This document shows, piece after piece, positions 63,825-64,000 of a stretch of 64,000 nucleotides of DNA. The DNA is from Candidatus Lustribacter sp. (GTDB taxonomy: Bacteria > Vulcanimicrobiota > Vulcanimicrobiia > Vulcanimicrobiales > Vulcanimicrobiaceae). The stretch spans positions 3,712,001 through 3,776,000 of the forward strand of contig OZ255842.1 in NCBI GenBank assembly GCA_965277805.1. The letters run 5' to 3'. The notes beneath the pieces are model-generated. The model searched no databases and was not told the DNA's origin. It was given only the letters and a program-made list of their open reading frames with translations. The first letter of the stretch is position 1, and every line of letters begins with the position of its first letter. Made by a program: the position numbers and the translations under genes.

Positions 63825-64000
63825 ATGGTTTGGCCGAGTGCGGCAGCGTACCGCGACGCAATAAGTAAACCCGGCGCGTTAAGCGACGCGGAGCTGCAGT
63901 CCCGCAACGTTGAGATTGATGGCGATGGGCGTCCCGTCATGTACAGCGGAGCGTTCACGACGACGTTTCGCCTTCGATCCGAAAACGGCGACGTAGCGCT
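63825..64000 (+). CDS. N-terminus of a probable protein-kinase-like protein, truncated by window edge
   Basis: Open frame MVWPSAAAYRDAISKP..LSDAEL..GRPVMYSGAFTTTFRL..DVA, resembling a kinase N-lobe (Gly-loop then beta strands); only about 58 aa visible. Confidence 0.45.
   Translation, partial: MVWPSAAAYRDAISKPGALSDAELQSRNVEIDGDGRPVMYSGAFTTTFRLRSENGDVA

Overview
GC-rich bacterial chromosomal window with about 65 CDS and no rRNA, tRNA, CRISPR array, integrase or transposase that I can recognise. It has Terrabacteria-type housekeeping blocks (mfd...prsA-mazG/yabN-S4-whiA-gap-pgk-tpiA-gpmI-punA; yggS-sepF-divIVA; lgt, ccdA-lspA, rluD-tgt) together with outer-membrane and LPS genes (hldD, two predicted beta-barrels). 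That mix suggests a diderm Terrabacterium such as Eremiobacterota (inference only). The main accessory region is an ~18.8 kb (hetero)aromatic catabolic cluster at 28.2-46.9 kb: two UbiD enzymes, an FAD monooxygenase, a lone Mo-hydroxylase large subunit, an FAH-family protein, a catalytic plus pseudo-enzyme cupin pair, a class II aldolase, a Rieske oxygenase, a LigB-like dioxygenase, a hydrolase, four orphan solute-binding proteins and two MarR regulators. Other notable items: a CBM20/beta-barrel/CBM20 operon; a TGTC-tagged REP-like repeat family (10 copies) with a variable central hairpin, which has been absorbed into osmC, rluD and possibly tgt; a frameshifted kynA; an oxidoreductase whose apparent start codon is GTA; and a dispersed minimal flagellar set (FliA-like sigma, mini-FlgJ-like, FlgF, FlgG). 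All functions come from motif recognition by eye; no database searches were run.
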